From the UHGV virus genome UHGV-1368191: 64,000 nucleotides of DNA; one strand, written 5' to 3'. Positions 44,665 to 54,970 of this stretch are shown here, one piece after another. This stretch comes from a virus. The notes below the pieces were generated by a model. It was not told the DNA's origin. It saw only the letters and a program-made list of their open reading frames with translations, and searched no databases. How positions within the stretch are numbered: the first letter of the stretch is position 1; each line of letters opens with the position of its first letter. The position numbers and the translations under genes are program-made.

Positions 44665-47556
44665 ATGACAGAGCAAGAATGGCTAAATGATAATCAGCTC
44701 TCATTGGATATATGGCATAAAAAGTACCAAGTTGACAATGAGAGCTTTGAGCACTGGCTTGATAGAGTAAGTGGAGGAAACCAAGATATAAGACAACTTA
44801 TTCTTGAAAAGAAATTCCTGTTTGGGGGTAGGATACTAGCAAGTAGAGGAGTGACTGACAGAAGGGTTACTTATAGTAACTGTTATGTAATTGCACCCCC
44901 AAGGGATAATATTGAATCTATCTTTGAAACTGCAAGTAAGTTAGCAAGAACTTATAGTTATGGAGGAGGCTGTGGTGTGGATATTAGCAACCTTAGACCT
45001 AAAGGTACTATAGTCCATAATGCAGCTAAAAGTACATCAGGTGCTATAAGTTTCATGGACTTCTATAGCTATGTTACTGGTCTTATAGGTCAGTCAGGCA
45101 GACGTGGGGCATTAATGATTAGTATTAGCTGTAAGCATCCTGACATTGAGGAGTTTATTAATCTTAAAACTAAAGCTGGAGTATGTGAAAAAGCTAACAT
45201 AAGTATCAGAGTATCTGATGAATTTATGGAAGCTGCTATACAGGATAGGGATTGGATAACTGAATTTACAAGTCCTGAGACTGGTACTATAACCAAGACT
45301 TTCAAGGCAAAAGATTTGTTAAAACTCCTAGCTAAAAGAAATTGGGAGTGGGCAGAACCTGGATTATTATATTGGGATAGAATTGCTCATTATAATATGC
45401 TTGATAATGATGATGCTTTTGCTTATGCAGGGGTCAACCCATGTCTTACAGGAGATAGCTTGATTCAAACAGTGGAAGGGGAAATTCCTATAAAGGAGTT
45501 AGTAGGAAGTACTCCATTTGTATATTGTATGGATTCTGATGGTAATCTTGCTATAAGAAAAGCTGTTAAGGTTTGGAAAACAAGAAAGAATGCTCAACTT
45601 GTTGAGGTTATAGCAGGTAAGGGAAGACTAATTTGTACTCCAGACCATAGAATATTTACTACTAATAGAGGTTGGGTTGAGGCTGCTAATCTTCAAAAAG
45701 GAGATAAAATAAAGGGTCTTAATAGACAAACTACAGGGCATAAATATTGTTCTGTAAGCCTTAGTGGCACTAAGTATGAGAAGGAACATAGATTTATTGC
45801 AAGACACTTCTATGATATAGAAGATATGGATGTTCATCATATTAATGATAATGGGTTTGACAATAGATTATCAAATCTTGAAGTTATCACTCATGAGGAA
45901 CATTCAAAACTTTCTAATACTGGAAGGGTTATTGAAGTTAATAGAGATGAAACTACTGGAAGGTATCTTCCTAAAGAAGAGCATACAGGTAGAACCTGTA
46001 GAAACTTAGGAAAGGAAGTAGGTATTAATTGGTATATTCAAGAAGTAAGAACTCTTGATTATACTGAGGATGTCTATGACATGACTATAGAGGACACTCA
46101 TAACTTCATTGCTAATGGGTTTGTAGTTCATAATTGTGCTGAAGAGCCATTACCAGCAGGAGGCTCATGCTTATTGGGTAGTATTAACCTTAGTGAATTT
46201 GTAACTAATCCATTTACTGATAAGGCTAAGATGAACTGGATTAGTCTTGTAGAAGCTGTAGAGATAGCTATCTCAGGTCTTAACGAAGTACTTGATGAAG
46301 GTATGATGTTACATCCTCTTCAAGAGCAAAGAGACTCTGTAAATAAGTGGAGACAAGTTGGCTTAGGTACAATGGGATTAGCTGATATGCTAATTAAATT
46401 AGGTATTGCTTACGGTTCTAATAAAGCTCTTGAGATAACTGAAAGAGTATATAAGCTTATAGCAGCAACAGCTGTGCAAGCATCTATCAAATTAGCTACT
46501 TTTTCAGGATGCTATCCTATGTGTGATAAGGAGAAGTTAGCTAATTCCTCGTTCATTAAATCATTAAATCTTCCAGATGAAATGATTAGTGATATAAGGA
46601 CTTATGGATTAAGAAATAGTCAACTTCTTACTTGTGCTCCTACAGGTAGTATTGCTACCATGTTGCAAGTATCTACTGGAGTAGAACCTAACTTTGCATT
46701 AAAGTACACAAGAAAGACTCAATCATTGAATGGTAAAGATACTTATTATGAAGTATTTGCTAAAATAGTAGATGACTATATTGGTGATAGATATGGTGAA
46801 GATATAAAACTTCCTGATTACTTTGTAGAGTCTAAGGATATAGCTTCTATTGATAGAATCAAAATGCAGGCAGTACTACAGAAGTACACTGATGCAAGTA
46901 TTAGTTCTACAATAAATCTTCCTAAAGAAGCTACAGTGGAAGATGTGTATAACATCTATGTAGAAGCATGGAAGCATGGACTTAAGGGATGTACAGTCTA
47001 CAGGAGTGGATGCTTTAGGGAAGGTATTCTTACTACTAAAAAGCCTATCAATATGCAAGCTGTAGGTGCTCCTAAGAGACCTAAAGAGCTTCCCTGTGAT
47101 ATTCATAAGGTAAAGGTGAAAGGAGAGAACTTCATAGTATGTGTGGGTCTTTATGAGGAGAAACCATATGAGGTATTTGTCTTTAGGCTCAAGAATAACA
47201 TAGAGCTTACTGACACAAGGGGAACCATAACCAAGCTCAAGAAGGGTGTATATAGCCTTGAGTCAAAGGATTTGATAATAAATAACCTCCTTAATACTGA
47301 TATTACTGTTGAGGAGAAGGCTGCCACTCTGTATAGTTCTATGCTTCTTAGGCATGGAATCTCTCTTAAGTATATTATTAAGACAGCAAGGAAAGTCAAT
47401 GATAATATAATCTCTTTCAGTAGTGCCATGTGTAGGGTACTATCTAAGTATTTACCTAAGGATACTGGGGAATCCTGTCCTGAATGTGGTGAGAAATTAA
47501 TAAGAACTGGAGGATGTGTCTCATGTCCTTCCTGTGGTTATAGTAGATGTGAGTAA
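44665..47556 (+). CDS. nrdJ: ribonucleotide reductase (class II/NrdJ-like) interrupted by an HNH-type intein
   Basis: SYGGGCGVDISNLRPKG, thiyl-radical NPC motif split by the intein (AGVNP|C...VVHN|CAEEPLPAGGSCLLGSINL), and C-terminal Cys zinc ribbon CPECGEKLIRTGGCVSCPSCGYSRCE. No nrdB gene nearby. Confidence 0.75.
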   Translation: MTEQEWLNDNQLSLDIWHKKYQVDNESFEHWLDRVSGGNQDIRQLILEKKFLFGGRILASRGVTDRRVTYSNCYVIAPPRDNIESIFETASKLARTYSYGGGCGVDISNLRPKGTIVHNAAKSTSGAISFMDFYSYVTGLIGQSGRRGALMISISCKHPDIEEFINLKTKAGVCEKANISIRVSDEFMEAAIQDRDWITEFTSPETGTITKTFKAKDLLKLLAKRNWEWAEPGLLYWDRIAHYNMLDNDDAFAYAGVNPCLTGDSLIQTVEGEIPIKELVGSTPFVYCMDSDGNLAIRKAVKVWKTRKNAQLVEVIAGKGRLICTPDHRIFTTNRGWVEAANLQKGDKIKGLNRQTTGHKYCSVSLSGTKYEKEHRFIARHFYDIEDMDVHHINDNGFDNRLSNLEVITHEEHSKLSNTGRVIEVNRDETTGRYLPKEEHTGRTCRNLGKEVGINWYIQEVRTLDYTEDVYDMTIEDTHNFIANGFVVHNCAEEPLPAGGSCLLGSINLSEFVTNPFTDKAKMNWISLVEAVEIAISGLNEVLDEGMMLHPLQEQRDSVNKWRQVGLGTMGLADMLIKLGIAYGSNKALEITERVYKLIAATAVQASIKLATFSGCYPMCDKEKLANSSFIKSLNLPDEMISDIRTYGLRNSQLLTCAPTGSIATMLQVSTGVEPNFALKYTRKTQSLNGKDTYYEVFAKIVDDYIGDRYGEDIKLPDYFVESKDIASIDRIKMQAVLQKYTDASISSTINLPKEATVEDVYNIYVEAWKHGLKGCTVYRSGCFREGILTTKKPINMQAVGAPKRPKELPCDIHKVKVKGENFIVCVGLYEEKPYEVFVFRLKNNIELTDTRGTITKLKKGVYSLESKDLIINNLLNTDITVEEKAATLYSSMLLRHGISLKYIIKTARKVNDNIISFSSAMCRVLSKYLPKDTGESCPECGEKLIRTGGCVSCPSCGYSRCE
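45442..46134 (+). mobile_element. intein (231 aa) with an HNH homing endonuclease, inserted at the RNR active-site NPC motif
   Basis: Starts with Cys (45442-45444), ends with HN (46129-46134), and is followed by Cys as the first host-protein residue. HNH box DVHHINDNGFDNRLSNLEVITHEEH. Confidence 0.7.
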
Positions 47557-47730
47557 TTATGGTAAAATCAAGATTGACATTGAAAATAGGTGAGGAAGAA
47601 TCCTCCTATGAATGGGAACATGAGGATATAGCAGTAGGAGATATATTATCAGCTCTTAGGGGAATGCTGATGTCCCACACATATTCTGATGTATCCTTTA
47701 TTAATGTAATTAAAGATTTAGCTGAACAAT

Positions 47731-48249
47731 ATGAAACTGAAGATTAAAGTAAAAGTACTAACAGAAGGATGTATGCCTCAAATAAGTGAAAGTGGTGACT
47801 GGATAGATCTTAAAGCTGCCCAAGATGTAGAAATCAGGGCATCTCAAGCAGGGACTCAGTATCAACTTTCCAATGTTAAATATAGAGATGTCACCATCCC
47901 TGTCACTTATATCCCTTTAGGAGTGGCTATTCAATTGCCTAAAGGTTTTGAGGCTATAGTAGCATCAAGAAGTGGAAGTCCCAAGAAACTGGGAGTATTC
48001 ATTCCTAGTGGTCAAGGAGTTATAGATAATATCTATAATGGAGATGAGGATGAATGGCAATATATAGCCTCTCCACTGACTAATACATATATCCATAAGG
48101 GAGATAGAATATGTCAATTCAGGATTCAGTTAAGTCAGAAGGCTACTATATTACAGAAATTGAAGTGGCTTCTTAGCTCTGGGATAGAGCTGGTGCAAGT
48201 TAATTCCTTAGGTAATAATAACAGAGGAATGAATGTAACTGGAGTTTAA
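47731..48249 (+). CDS. dut: dUTPase
   Basis: Motifs IVASRSGS (II), GQGVIDNIYNG (III), GDRICQFRI (IV), C-terminal NNRGMNVTG (V-like). Confidence 0.7.
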   Translation: MKLKIKVKVLTEGCMPQISESGDWIDLKAAQDVEIRASQAGTQYQLSNVKYRDVTIPVTYIPLGVAIQLPKGFEAIVASRSGSPKKLGVFIPSGQGVIDNIYNGDEDEWQYIASPLTNTYIHKGDRICQFRIQLSQKATILQKLKWLLSSGIELVQVNSLGNNNRGMNVTGV

Positions 48250-48270
48250 TTTTATATGGTTTAGGTTAAT

Positions 48271-48771
48271 ATGGATTTTTCACTAATATGGGAGATAGTT
48301 AAAGTATTGCTAATGGTTATTGCAGCAGTAACCTTAGCTTGTATAGTAGATTTTACCAGAAGTAAGAAAAACAAGATGTCCTTTAGGGAATCAATGGATT
48401 TGACAGAACTTCCAGTGGTTACTTTTAGGCAAGATGGTAAGGATAAATTCAATTTCCTTCTTGATACTGGTTCTTCTCTTTCAGTCATAAATGAGCCTAT
48501 ATTAAATATAATAAAGCACACTAGTCTTGATTGTACAAGCTCTGTTTATGGCATGGAGGGGAATTGTGTAGAGACTTCATTAGTAAGTATTCCATTGAAG
48601 TATAAAGACACTGATTATGTGGAGAACTTTCAGGTAGTTGATATGAGTGCTGCCTTTGATAAAGTAAAGAAAGAAAATGGAGTGACAATTCATGGGATAC
48701 TTGGTAACTCATTCTTTGTAAAGTATAAATATGTACTTGATTTTAAAGAGCTGATAGCATATTCAAGATGA
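48271..48771 (+). CDS. membrane-anchored retropepsin-like aspartic protease (166 aa)
   Basis: N-terminal TM helix IVKVLLMVIAAVTLACIV. Catalytic-type motif FLLDTGSSLSVIN (D-T/S-G-A/S). Confidence 0.5.
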   Translation: MDFSLIWEIVKVLLMVIAAVTLACIVDFTRSKKNKMSFRESMDLTELPVVTFRQDGKDKFNFLLDTGSSLSVINEPILNIIKHTSLDCTSSVYGMEGNCVETSLVSIPLKYKDTDYVENFQVVDMSAAFDKVKKENGVTIHGILGNSFFVKYKYVLDFKELIAYSR

Positions 48772-50894
48772 TATATCTGGTCACTAATAACCAAGAGCTA
48801 TTTGAATCTGAGGACTATAAAATAATAGGGGTAGACGAAAGTCTATCCCTATTAAGTTCCTTAGATATAGTAGGTCTTGATACTGAAACCAGTGGATTAA
48901 GCTGCCATAAGGATAAGCTGCTGTCTCTTCAACTTGGCTGTTATGATTTTCAAGTAGTCATTGATTGTTCTACTATAGATGTAAGACTGTATAAAGACTA
49001 TATTGAATCAGATAGATTATTTCTATTCCATAATGCCAAGTTTGATTTACAATGGCTTTACAAGTATCATATAGTTCCTTATAATGTCTATGACTTATTC
49101 TTGGCTGAGAAAGTCATGTGGAATGGCTACCCTGTCAGGCTAACTCCTGAAGTATGGGATAAGATTCAATGCCCTAGATATGATTATGTACCAGCAGACC
49201 CTAAGAAGAAGGGTTCAAAAGCAAGTTATGTCTTATTTATGAACTTAAAGAAGTTAGGTGAGATGTACCTTGGAGTAGAACTTGATAAGTCCATAAGAGG
49301 GCAGATTATCTATAAGGGTCTTGTAGGGGATGTAATTGTATATGCCGCAAATGATGTTAAGTATCTTGAACAGATAAGGGAACTTCAACTTAAACAGCTT
49401 GAGAAACAAGGGCTGCTTATAGCTATAGAGTATGAGAATAGAGCTATACTCCCTATTGCCTATATGTGCTTCTGTGGCATTAAGATGGACAGGACAAGAT
49501 GGGAGAAGAAGATGGAGCATGACCAAGCTGTCCTTGATGGTATTGTTGATGAAATGAATAAATGGCTTATAGAACATGAGCCTAATTCAAAGTATATCAA
49601 GATAGATAGACAAGGTGATTTGTTCTCAGGCTTTAACCTTGAACCTCAAGTAACTCTTAACTGGAATAGTCAAAAGCAAGTTATTCCTTTATTCAAAAAG
49701 TATGGAGTTGATACTACAGCTCTTGATAAGGAGGATGATGAGGATAAGGACAGCATAGGAGCTAAGGTATTAGGTCCACAGAAAGATAAGTGTAGCCTTA
49801 TTCCTTTGTATATTAGGTTCAAGGAAATGAAGAAGCTATGCAGTACCTATGGAGCAAATGTGCTCAAGCAGATTGATGAAGTAACAGGTAGGCTATATAC
49901 TAACTTTAATTCATTAGGTACTGATACAGCAAGAATAAGCTCAGGAGGCAAGGATAAAACAGCTAAAGTTGATTATGTTAATATGCTTAATATGCCAGCT
50001 GATGCTGAGACTAGAGCCTGCTTTATTGCTGAAGAAGGCAACAGATGGATTTCAATTGACTACTCAGGTCAGGAATCGTATATTATGGCTGACGTAGCTG
50101 ATGACAAGGAGATGATTAGGGAACTTACCTATGGAGAGGGTGATTTACATACTCTGACTGCCAAGATAGTATTTCCTGAGATTCCTAAGGATATGTCAGC
50201 TAAGGAGGTCAAGAAGCAATATCACAAGCTAAGACAAGAAGCTAAGGGTTATGAGTTTGCATTTAATTATGCAGGCAATGATAATACCATTATGAGGAAC
50301 TTTGGACTTACTGCTAAAAGAGCTAAGGAAATCTATGATAATTATATGAGGGGCTTTAATGGCCTTAAGAGATATATTGAGTCCAGAAAGAAAGACTGGT
50401 TCAATAAAGGCTATATAGACTTAAATCCTAAGGTGGGGTATAAGGCTTATATCTATGATTGGAGTTATCTCAAGAAGTTGCAAACTAAGTTTAGGGAACC
50501 TGGATTTTGGGACTATTACAGGGAGATGAAAGTAGATGCGCCTAAATGTGATACTGTGATGATGGTAAAGGAGTTCTTCAAGAGAAGAGCTGACTCTGAT
50601 AGGCAATCTGTCAATTATCCTATACAGCATACTGGCGCATTGTGTTATAAGGTAAGTATGGTGAACTTCTTTGAATATTTAAGGCACAATGACTTATTAT
50701 TTAAGGTGCTAATTACTGTAACTCCTTATGATGAAATAAACTGTGAAGCTCCTGAAGAGATTGCAGAAGATGTAGCTCAAACTCTATATGATATAATGGT
50801 AAAATCAGGAGCTTATTTTGTGAAGAAAGTCAAACTTGATGCAGATATTAGTAGACTGGAGGATGGAACCTTGCCAACCTACTGGATCCATTGA
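48768..50894 (+). CDS. polA: family-A DNA polymerase with a 3'-5' exonuclease domain
   Basis: Exo I VGLDTETSGL, Exo III YAANDVKYL, motif A ISIDYSGQESYI, motif B RQEAKGYEFAFNYAG, motif C VTPYDEI. Confidence 0.85.
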   Translation: MIYLVTNNQELFESEDYKIIGVDESLSLLSSLDIVGLDTETSGLSCHKDKLLSLQLGCYDFQVVIDCSTIDVRLYKDYIESDRLFLFHNAKFDLQWLYKYHIVPYNVYDLFLAEKVMWNGYPVRLTPEVWDKIQCPRYDYVPADPKKKGSKASYVLFMNLKKLGEMYLGVELDKSIRGQIIYKGLVGDVIVYAANDVKYLEQIRELQLKQLEKQGLLIAIEYENRAILPIAYMCFCGIKMDRTRWEKKMEHDQAVLDGIVDEMNKWLIEHEPNSKYIKIDRQGDLFSGFNLEPQVTLNWNSQKQVIPLFKKYGVDTTALDKEDDEDKDSIGAKVLGPQKDKCSLIPLYIRFKEMKKLCSTYGANVLKQIDEVTGRLYTNFNSLGTDTARISSGGKDKTAKVDYVNMLNMPADAETRACFIAEEGNRWISIDYSGQESYIMADVADDKEMIRELTYGEGDLHTLTAKIVFPEIPKDMSAKEVKKQYHKLRQEAKGYEFAFNYAGNDNTIMRNFGLTAKRAKEIYDNYMRGFNGLKRYIESRKKDWFNKGYIDLNPKVGYKAYIYDWSYLKKLQTKFREPGFWDYYREMKVDAPKCDTVMMVKEFFKRRADSDRQSVNYPIQHTGALCYKVSMVNFFEYLRHNDLLFKVLITVTPYDEINCEAPEEIAEDVAQTLYDIMVKSGAYFVKKVKLDADISRLEDGTLPTYWIH

Positions 50895-50925
50895 CCTAGT
50901 TATTAAAAATACTAAATGAAAGGAA

Positions 50926-51399
50926 ATGAAAGAATTAAAAGTTATAGAAAGTATATCTGAACTCAAAACAGGAGACTCAATTACTTATGTTGGAACTGAG
51001 GGTTTGAAAATTCCTGGGTTTACACCCTTTAAGGAGTATTATATACAAGGGAATGATGGGTTTGAAGTGATTCTTATAAATGATAATTCTGAGATATGCA
51101 AAGTAAATTTTGATAATATCAAGAATCAGTTCAGGTTACCTGTATATGAAAAAGATGAAGTAAATCATCCTCCCCATTACACTTGGCTAAAGGATAAATG
51201 TGGGATTGAAGTTATTGATATAACAAGACATCTTGACTTTGACCTTGGCAATGCACTAAAATATATTCTAAGAGCTGGTAGAAAGCCTATTGAGACTGAG
51301 AATAAATCAGATTTCTATGCTGGCACTATACAGGACTTAAAGAAAGCTGTGTGGTATCTAAATGATAAAATTAAGATGCTTGAAGAAAATGAAAGATAA
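50926..51399 (+). CDS. DUF3310-like phage protein
   Basis: VNHPPHYT...IEVIDITRHLDFDLGNALKYILRAGRK matches the conserved HP.HY/GNA.KY core of that family. Confidence 0.45.
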   Translation: MKELKVIESISELKTGDSITYVGTEGLKIPGFTPFKEYYIQGNDGFEVILINDNSEICKVNFDNIKNQFRLPVYEKDEVNHPPHYTWLKDKCGIEVIDITRHLDFDLGNALKYILRAGRKPIETENKSDFYAGTIQDLKKAVWYLNDKIKMLEENER

Positions 51400-51554
51400 C
51401 TTTATAGTAGTACAGGGGTCTAATATTCAAGAATTGATGAATAAAGAAGGCTTTAAGGATAATGTAGAGCTTATTGAGGATGAGAGGTATTATCAACTTT
51501 ATGGAGATAATGCTTATTTCGTAAATGAAGACTGGTATAATAAAGTAATGAATC

Positions 51555-51824
51555 ATGGTGAATAAAGAATGTATAAATAATGAGAGTGACTGTCATGTTC
51601 CTCCTGTGAATAAAAAGCTCTGGATAATAGAGTTTGAAATCAGGAATGATGGCAGGGGATGTGCAGTAGTAAAGGCTGGTAATCCTAATGAAGCAAGCAG
51701 GGTACTTAAATCTGAGGGACTATATAATGGCAGTCCTATAGATTATATGATCTATAGAATTGAAGAGATAGTACCTTCTCCTGAAACAATGCTTATTTGT
51801 GAACAAATAGTTAATAAGGAATGA
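51555..51824 (+). CDS. hypothetical protein (89 aa)
   Basis: ORF track. Confidence 0.4.
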   Translation: MVNKECINNESDCHVPPVNKKLWIIEFEIRNDGRGCAVVKAGNPNEASRVLKSEGLYNGSPIDYMIYRIEEIVPSPETMLICEQIVNKE

Positions 51825-52315
51825 AGCAGTTTACACAGAGAGAACTTATTAAGATATGTATAGCAAATGGTTTCCACTTTGAAAGAATGAGTGGAGACCA
51901 TGCTGTATATATTAATAAGGAAGGAAGACATATCAGTATTCCCAATCATCTCAGGTGTGTAATAGCTAATAGACTTATTAAGGAGAATAATTTAGAAACT
52001 GATTTAAAAAAACTTAAAAGGGAAAGAAAAATGGATAATTATCCTACTATGTCTCAAATTGAAGAGAGTAATGCTCCTTGGAATGACTCTAAGGAACCTA
52101 AAGAAGTTGAAGTTATTGTAAGTATGACTATCAGTAAGGTAGTTAAAGTACAGGTCTCTGATTATGAAGTACTTGACAGCAAGGATGAATATGGTCAAAA
52201 TGAAGTGGATTTTGATAACTGTGATTTGAAAACTGCTGTAGAGGAGCAAATCACTCTTCCTACTGATGTCTGTGAAGGTTGGTACATTGATGAGTTTGAA
52301 GCCCTAATATCATAA
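51821..52315 (+). CDS. protein with an N-terminal HicA-like (YcfA) domain and an approximately 100-aa C-terminal extension
   Basis: TQRELIKICIANGFHFERMSGDHAVYINKEGRHISIPNH matches the HicA pattern k.lik.L...Gf...r..GSH..f.....r..tvP.H, with Asp in place of the Ser. Confidence 0.5.
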   Translation: MKQFTQRELIKICIANGFHFERMSGDHAVYINKEGRHISIPNHLRCVIANRLIKENNLETDLKKLKRERKMDNYPTMSQIEESNAPWNDSKEPKEVEVIVSMTISKVVKVQVSDYEVLDSKDEYGQNEVDFDNCDLKTAVEEQITLPTDVCEGWYIDEFEALIS

Positions 52316-52463
52316 AATATGAAAGTATATAAGGTAACTTGTTTTAATGGTAGTGTCCTTCTTGTAGTAGCTAATAGTTTTGGTGAAGCTGAGGATAGGC
52401 TTGTCAAGAAACATAGATTATTTTCTATTGAGAGTATAGAAATACTTGACTATGAAGTAATTT

Positions 52464-52856
52464 GTGATTAAAAAAGAGCATAATATGATTCCAGAAAAAT
52501 TTAAATGTTACAATTGCTATGATGATGGTAAAATTACTCATAGTAGACAATATAAAGTTCTTATAACAGATATAATTCCTAGAGAAGAAGCTTATGAAGA
52601 ACTGTTACGTATTTGTTATTTAGCTTTAGAGGATTATCCTGAGCTTTATGATAGTAATTATGATACTATTGTAATAGGAGTATCTTATGAAGACCAGATC
52701 CCAAGAATTGAAATATTTCTTCCTACTACATATGGTAAATGGATGGGAATTGGTGAATATGAAGAAGGCTCTGATAGTATGAACTCTTACTGGTGTAGTG
52801 GAGTACTGGATGTTGATGGAGAACTTACAAAGCAATTAGAAAAATCTTTAATTTAA
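52464..52856 (+). CDS. hypothetical protein (130 aa)
   Basis: ORF track. Confidence 0.45.
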   Translation: MIKKEHNMIPEKFKCYNCYDDGKITHSRQYKVLITDIIPREEAYEELLRICYLALEDYPELYDSNYDTIVIGVSYEDQIPRIEIFLPTTYGKWMGIGEYEEGSDSMNSYWCSGVLDVDGELTKQLEKSLI

Positions 52857-53044
52857 ATCTATTTGAATATGGTAATAACTAGAAGATTATATCGGATAGT
52901 ACTAGAAAACTATCTTTCCTATCATGTGGCAGCTGACTCTATTGATGAAGCAATAAGTATTATGAGAAAATGGAGAAAGGACTGCAAGATTACTAGTGTA
53001 AGTAAAAGCAATGATGACGTAGTATTAACTAAAGAGGATGTACA

Positions 53045-54970
53045 ATGAGACTTATAAAACCATCATTTGAAATTTGGAAACAAGAACCTGGATTAGAAGG
53101 AATATATAAAGCCATTGAGAGAGCAGGGCGTGTATGCTATAGGTCTGAGGACAAGATAACAGAAGATAGTGCTAAGCCTTTTGTAGATAGAATGATTAAA
53201 GCAGGTCACTGCTATACAGGAGATACAGAGGTACTAACTGAGAATGGTTGGATTAAATTTAGAGATTATAATGGTGAAAAAGTTGCTGTAATAAATAAGG
53301 ATTGTTCATTTAAAGGTTTTGAAAATCCAAAAAGAATAGTAAGTTATTCTTATAAAGGTAATTTTTATTATTATCCTTCACTAGGTATAGAAGTTACTGA
53401 TGGACATAATATGTTTGGGATTTTCAGAGAAAGCAAAAACGACTTTTATAAAAACAATTCGTATTCTTTATTTAAATGCAATGGATATTATAAAGATAAT
53501 AATGGCAGAGAAAAAACTTTAGGAGAAAGAATGTTTAAAACTCCAAGACATTGTCTAAAAAGCAAGTCTTTAAATCCTTATGGAGAGTTAATTGGGTTTT
53601 GGTTAGGAGATGGATGCTATAGTCCTGAAACTAAAAATAAATTAGTGTTTCATTTAAAGAAGCCAAGAAAAATAGAATATCTAAAACAATTATGTGAAGA
53701 ACTGGGATATATTTTTGAAGAAAGAAAATCTAATTATTATACTGTTACTAATAATAATATAGGGAGTTCTTTTAATTCATTGTTTTATAATAATGGCAAA
53801 AGAATATCATTACAGTACTTTCCATCATTAGATATAGCTTTTTCTATTATTGAAGGACTAATAAATTCAGATGGTAGTAGAGCAAAAAACACTAAAACTA
53901 TAACTTTTACAAATACTAGTAAAAGTATAATTGATTGGTTATTAATATATGCTCCTATATGTGGTTATTCTATTTCTAACAGAGGTATTTCCCATAATAC
54001 TACTTTACATAATCCTGTATATAAAGTATTATTATTAGATACTAACTATACCTTAAATAATGATTCTAGAGATAAAGACTCTAAAGTTATTATTACTAAT
54101 AAAGTAGAGGAAGTCTATTGTGTTACAGTATCTACTGGATTAATAATGGTTAGGGGAATAAATGGGATTACTACTATTTGTGGTAATTGTGCTATGTTAG
54201 AACATGGTACTGTATATTTAGCTATTCCAATGACTACTTATGCTCCTGAGGCAGTTAATATATATCATAACAATTCCTATTCAAAAGTAAATAAATGTAA
54301 TGAATTTATATTTACTGATAAATACGGAGATAAGGTTGCAGCATGGTGCGTAACAACTAATTTAAGAGTTTTAGTAGAAAATGATTGCTTAGAAGATTTA
54401 GAATTTCTTTGTGAACCTACAGAGTTCCATGAGAAAAGAGTTTGTGTACACTTTGTATGTGATAGAGGTGTATCACATGAGTTTGTAAGGCATAGAGTAA
54501 TGTCTTTTGCTCAGGAAAGTACGAGGTATTGCAACTACTCTAAGGATAAGTTTAGTAATGAACTTACCTTTATTATTCCTTGTTGGTGTGATGATATTCC
54601 TGATGCTTTAAGCCTAAAAGATAGTATGGATGTAAAGAAGTTTGTTTGGGGAACTGATAATTTGGCTGCTACAGTTGAAGAAAAAGGTGTAGTGAATAGG
54701 CAAGTTAGTAAGTTTACTCAAAGATTTCTATATGAAATGCAAGGAGATGAAGATACATATATAGGGCTTATAGCTGCTGGATATAAACCACAGGAAGCAA
54801 GAGCCGTTCTCTCTAACTCCTTAAAGACAGAATTAGTAATGACTGGCTTTGTATCTGATTGGAAACATTTCTTTGAGTTAAGATGTGCTGACAATGCTCA
54901 TCCTCAAGCCAGGGAATTGGCTATTCCTTTAAGAGAAGAGTTTATTAAAAGGGATTATATTAATGAATGA
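53045..54970 (+). CDS. thyX: FAD-dependent thymidylate synthase ThyX interrupted by a LAGLIDADG intein
   Basis: IKAGH|C...ICGN|CAMLEHG, ThyX signature SHEFVRHRVMSFAQESTRY, C-terminal WKHFFELRCADNAHPQARELAIPL. Confidence 0.75.
   Translation: MRLIKPSFEIWKQEPGLEGIYKAIERAGRVCYRSEDKITEDSAKPFVDRMIKAGHCYTGDTEVLTENGWIKFRDYNGEKVAVINKDCSFKGFENPKRIVSYSYKGNFYYYPSLGIEVTDGHNMFGIFRESKNDFYKNNSYSLFKCNGYYKDNNGREKTLGERMFKTPRHCLKSKSLNPYGELIGFWLGDGCYSPETKNKLVFHLKKPRKIEYLKQLCEELGYIFEERKSNYYTVTNNNIGSSFNSLFYNNGKRISLQYFPSLDIAFSIIEGLINSDGSRAKNTKTITFTNTSKSIIDWLLIYAPICGYSISNRGISHNTTLHNPVYKVLLLDTNYTLNNDSRDKDSKVIITNKVEEVYCVTVSTGLIMVRGINGITTICGNCAMLEHGTVYLAIPMTTYAPEAVNIYHNNSYSKVNKCNEFIFTDKYGDKVAAWCVTTNLRVLVENDCLEDLEFLCEPTEFHEKRVCVHFVCDRGVSHEFVRHRVMSFAQESTRYCNYSKDKFSNELTFIIPCWCDDIPDALSLKDSMDVKKFVWGTDNLAATVEEKGVVNRQVSKFTQRFLYEMQGDEDTYIGLIAAGYKPQEARAVLSNSLKTELVMTGFVSDWKHFFELRCADNAHPQARELAIPLREEFIKRDYINE
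53210..54187 (+). mobile_element. intein (326 aa) with a double LAGLIDADG homing endonuclease in ThyX
   Basis: Starts with Cys56, contains LIGFWLGDGCYS and IIEGLINSDGSRA, and ends ...TTICGN followed by Cys. Confidence 0.65.
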
